Source: Candidatus Multivoradales bacterium (GTDB lineage: Bacteria; Acidobacteriota; Thermoanaerobaculia; Multivoradales; JAHEKO01). From it: a stretch of DNA of 64,000 nucleotides. The position numbers and the translations under genes were made by a program. Below, in pieces: positions 61,120-64,000 of this stretch (position 1 is its first letter; every line of letters begins with the position of its first letter). The notes beneath the pieces were generated by a model. That model worked only from the letters and a program-made list of their open reading frames with translations, was not told the origin of the DNA and did not search any database. The stretch is from contig CBDCVR010000013.1 of NCBI GenBank assembly GCA_965223155.1, positions 928,001-992,000 of the forward strand. Direction: 5' to 3'.

Positions 61120-64000
61120 GAAGCGGCCCTCAACTCATCCGCCGCGCGCAGCGACGGACGTTCTCTGCGACCCTCGCCAAGCCTCAACAAACTCGGCAGC
61201 AGGATCAAGGTAAACAAGGTACTGACGCACATGCCGCCGACGATAACCGCCGCCAAGCCGCGGTAGATGACACTCCCAGTTCCGGGGTTGAACAGCAAGG
61301 GCAGCATGCCGAAGATCGAGGTCAGGGTGCTCATGAAGATCGGCCGCAGCCGCACCCGCAACGCCTGACGTACCGCCTCGCGGCGGTTCTCGCCATCTCG
61401 TTCGGCCTGCCGGGTCTGATGCACCAGCAAGATGGCGTTGTTGACCACTAGGCCCAGCAGGATGATGAACCCGATCATGGTCAGGAGATCCAAGGGCTGA
61501 AACGTCACCAGGTTGAGCAGACGCAAGGCCACGACTCCGCCGATCGTGGCCAGCGGCAGCGCCAGGACCACCAGCAGGCTGTCCCGCATCGAGCTGAAGA
61601 GCGCGCTCATCAGCAAGAAGAGCACGATCAGGGCGATCACGAAGTTCTGGGACATGTTCCGAACCGCGTTGGCCAGGTTGTCGGCGCTGCCGCCGTAGCG
61701 GATGACGCCATCCTCCGGCATCAGGGCCCTAAGCTGGGGCTCGACGTCCTGCCGCAACGTCGCCACGGCCTCCTCCAGAGAAAGACCGTCCGGGGGCGAG
61801 ATGTTGAGCGTCACCGTCCTCTTGCGGTCAATCCGGTGAATGCTTGACGGTCCGACCGTGCGCTCGAAGGCGACAAGCTCACCGAGCGGTACGAGAGCAC
61901 CCGAAGGCGTCGCCAACGGCACCGAGGCTAGCTCTTCGGGCTTGTCCCAGCCCTCGGCGCGCAAGATGATGTTCATGCGCTCCTCGCCGTCGAAGTGCTC
62001 GCCCAGCCACAAACCGTCGCCGAGCGCCCGCACCACCCTCCCGACATCGGCTCGATTCCAGCCCGCCTCGGCAATGCGTCGATCGTTGGGCACAAGGCGC
62101 AGCTCGGGCTCGGCCAGCTCGGTGCCGGGGGTGACCTGGGTCTGCGCGCCCGGGATCGCTTCGGCCACGATCTGCATAGCGGCTGTACCGGTCTCCATGA
62201 GGGCCTCGACGTCCGAGCCTTGCAGGTGCACGATGATCTCCCGGTTGCTGGCGAAGCCGCCGAAGAGGCCACCGCGAAAAACGAACGCCCGCGTATCCGG
62301 GAAGCCCGCGACCACTTCCTCGCGCAGCACCCTTTCCAGCTCGTCGACCTGCCCTTGATCGAGGGCGCGGGCGCCGATCGTGCCTCCCCCCGGCCAGACG
62401 ATGGCGTAGTAGTTCTTGAGCGCTGGCTCCTTCTCGCCATCCATGTAGGGACGGAGTCGGTCGACCATCGGATCGATGATCTCGCTTTCGATCGTCTGGA
62501 TGTTCGAGCCCGGCGGGAAGTTGAAAAACGCGTCCACCGCATCCCGCTTGACCGGCGGCAGGTAGTCGAGCTTGGGCATCAGGATCCAGGTCAGAGTCAG
62601 GGGAATCGCCATCAGGCAAGCAATCAGCGCGAGCCGGCGCCGGGGCGTGTCGGTCCAGCGGACGATTCGTTCCGCGATCCGGTCCCAGAAACGAGCGTGG
62701 ACATCGGTCAGGCGCGCGCTGGTCAAGTACTTGCGCGCCGCAGTGGGCAAGATGGTGACCGCGACCACGAGAGAGATCGTCACCGCGATGGCGATGGTGA
62801 GCGCCAGATCGGCAAAGAGCTGTCCTTCGACATCCTTGAGATAGATCACGGGGAGAAAGATCGCCACCGTCGTCGCGGTCGACGCCACAAGCGCTCCCCA
62901 GACCTGATTCGCCCCTTCCAACGAGCCTTCCTGCGGCGAGCTCCCCGACTCCCGCAACCGCACAATGTTCTCGAGCACGATGATCGCCGCGTCGAGCACC
63001 ATGCCCACGGCGAAGGCCAGTCCGGCCAGCGAGATCACGTTGAGCGACCTGCCGCCCAGGTTCAACACCACGAAGGTCGCGAGCACCGAGATCGGGATTG
63101 CCACAGCTACCAGCAGCGTCGCCCGGAGCTGCCGCAGGAACCACCACAGCACCCCAGTCGCTAGAAGAATTCCCAGCAGCAGGTTGCCGGTAACGAGATT
63201 GATCGCCCGGTAGATGAAGACCGACGCGTCGAAGCTCTGGGCGATGGTCAAGCCATTCTCGGCCAACACCCCCTGGCGGAGCTCGTCCACCTCGGCCTTG
63301 ACCGTGTTCAGAGTCTCCAGCACGTTGGCGCCGCTTTCTCGATCGACTCGAATCGCCATCGCCGGGTTGTTGTTCTGAACCGAAAAAGCATTCCGCTCCG
63401 CCCGGCGTACTGAGATGTCGGCGACGTCGCCGAGCGTGACCGGACTGCCCTGGCGCCAGTCCAGGACGAGGCCGGCGAGCTGCTCAGGCCGGTAGCGGCC
63501 GGCGAAGCGCAGCGTGTACCGGCGCCGGCCGACATCGACCGAGCCACCCGAGACGTCGTTGGCGCTGCCGGCGACCGCCGCCACCGCCGGGATCTGGACG
63601 CCCAGATCAGCCGCCCGATAGGGATCGAAGGCGATCACCAGCTCTTCGGGCTGCCAGGCCATGACCTGGACGCCGGCGACACCCGGGATCGTCTCGAGCC
63701 GGCGCGAGACGGCGTCCTCGACCAGAGGCTGGTAGGACTCGATGGTGCGCTCGTTTCCCGGCAAGAGCTGAATGAAAAACCAGGACAGCGACTCGTTGGA
63801 GCCGCCGCCGAAGCCGCCACCCATCGAGATCTGAGGCGGCGTCGCGTCCCGGGGCAGCGGCGGCAAGCGGTTCATCCGGCTGATGACCTCGATCAGCGTC
63901 TGGTCCATGTCGGTCTCGAGACCGAAAGTCAGGCTGATGAAGCTTCCGCCGGCGTTGGCGTTGCTGTTGAGCTCCTTCAGGCCCGGAAGACCCTGCAACA
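61116..64000 (-). CDS. RND (AcrB/AcrD/AcrF-like) efflux permease, 5' end outside the window
   Basis: SLNVISLAGLAFAVGMVLDAAIIVLENI, ASTATTVAIFLP, GLVVNNAIL, RLRPIFMSTLTSIFGMLPL. Confidence 0.95.
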   Translation of the reverse strand, partial: LQGLPGLKELNSNANAGGSFISLTFGLETDMDQTLIEVISRMNRLPPLPRDATPPQISMGGGFGGGSNESLSWFFIQLLPGNERTIESYQPLVEDAVSRRLETIPGVAGVQVMAWQPEELVIAFDPYRAADLGVQIPAVAAVAGSANDVSGGSVDVGRRRYTLRFAGRYRPEQLAGLVLDWRQGSPVTLGDVADISVRRAERNAFSVQNNNPAMAIRVDRESGANVLETLNTVKAEVDELRQGVLAENGLTIAQSFDASVFIYRAINLVTGNLLLGILLATGVLWWFLRQLRATLLVAVAIPISVLATFVVLNLGGRSLNVISLAGLAFAVGMVLDAAIIVLENIVRLRESGSSPQEGSLEGANQVWGALVASTATTVAIFLPVIYLKDVEGQLFADLALTIAIAVTISLVVAVTILPTAARKYLTSARLTDVHARFWDRIAERIVRWTDTPRRRLALIACLMAIPLTLTWILMPKLDYLPPVKRDAVDAFFNFPPGSNIQTIESEIIDPMVDRLRPYMDGEKEPALKNYYAIVWPGGGTIGARALDQGQVDELERVLREEVVAGFPDTRAFVFRGGLFGGFASNREIIVHLQGSDVEALMETGTAAMQIVAEAIPGAQTQVTPGTELAEPELRLVPNDRRIAEAGWNRADVGRVVRALGDGLWLGEHFDGEERMNIILRAEGWDKPEELASVPLATPSGALVPLGELVAFERTVGPSSIHRIDRKRTVTLNISPPDGLSLEEAVATLRQDVEPQLRALMPEDGVIRYGGSADNLANAVRNMSQNFVIALIVLFLLMSALFSSMRDSLLVVLALPLATIGGVVALRLLNLVTFQPLDLLTMIGFIILLGLVVNNAILLVHQTRQAERDGENRREAVRQALRVRLRPIFMSTLTSIFGMLPLLFNPGTGSVIYRGLAAVIVGGMCVSTLFTLILLPSLLRLGEGRRERPSLRAADELRAAS

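Noticed and set aside
1-64000. tRNA, rRNA, IS elements, integrases, prophage genes
   Set aside because: None recognised; intergenic gaps are short and no transposase, integrase or phage motifs appear in the ORF track

Overview
A gene-dense, very GC-rich (about 70% by eye) chromosomal segment from a diderm bacterium. It has an OM beta-barrel, an OmpA lipoprotein and an RND pump; gene content suggests Acidobacteriota, which is inference only. About 55 CDS are supported. I saw no rRNA, tRNA, CRISPR array, integrase or transposase. Highlights: (i) a three-gene operon of an RRE/PqqD protein carrying its own lasso-leader-like C-terminal peptide, an HPr-kinase-like kinase and an NTP_transf_5 nucleotidyltransferase, abutting a convergent GT2, with no lasso cyclase or peptidase in the window; (ii) a cryptic start-less ORF in frame behind the TAG stop of an SH3-MBL gene, encoding a matrixin-like tail plus the same knottin-like Cys module that ends the S8 protease 26 kb away; (iii) a Tat-less Mo-bisPGD oxidoreductase operon with a fused 4x[4Fe-4S]-NrfD subunit, a TorD chaperone and split YeeE/YedE genes; (iv) enzymes best known from eukaryotes (CD39/GDA1 NTPDase with a degenerate ACR1; LPO/MPO-type haem peroxidase); (v) at least 11 genes with a TANNNT-N6-8-start leaderless architecture; (vi) a 21-bp-phased operator array and a sigma-54 promoter. 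All family calls come from motif recognition, not database searches.
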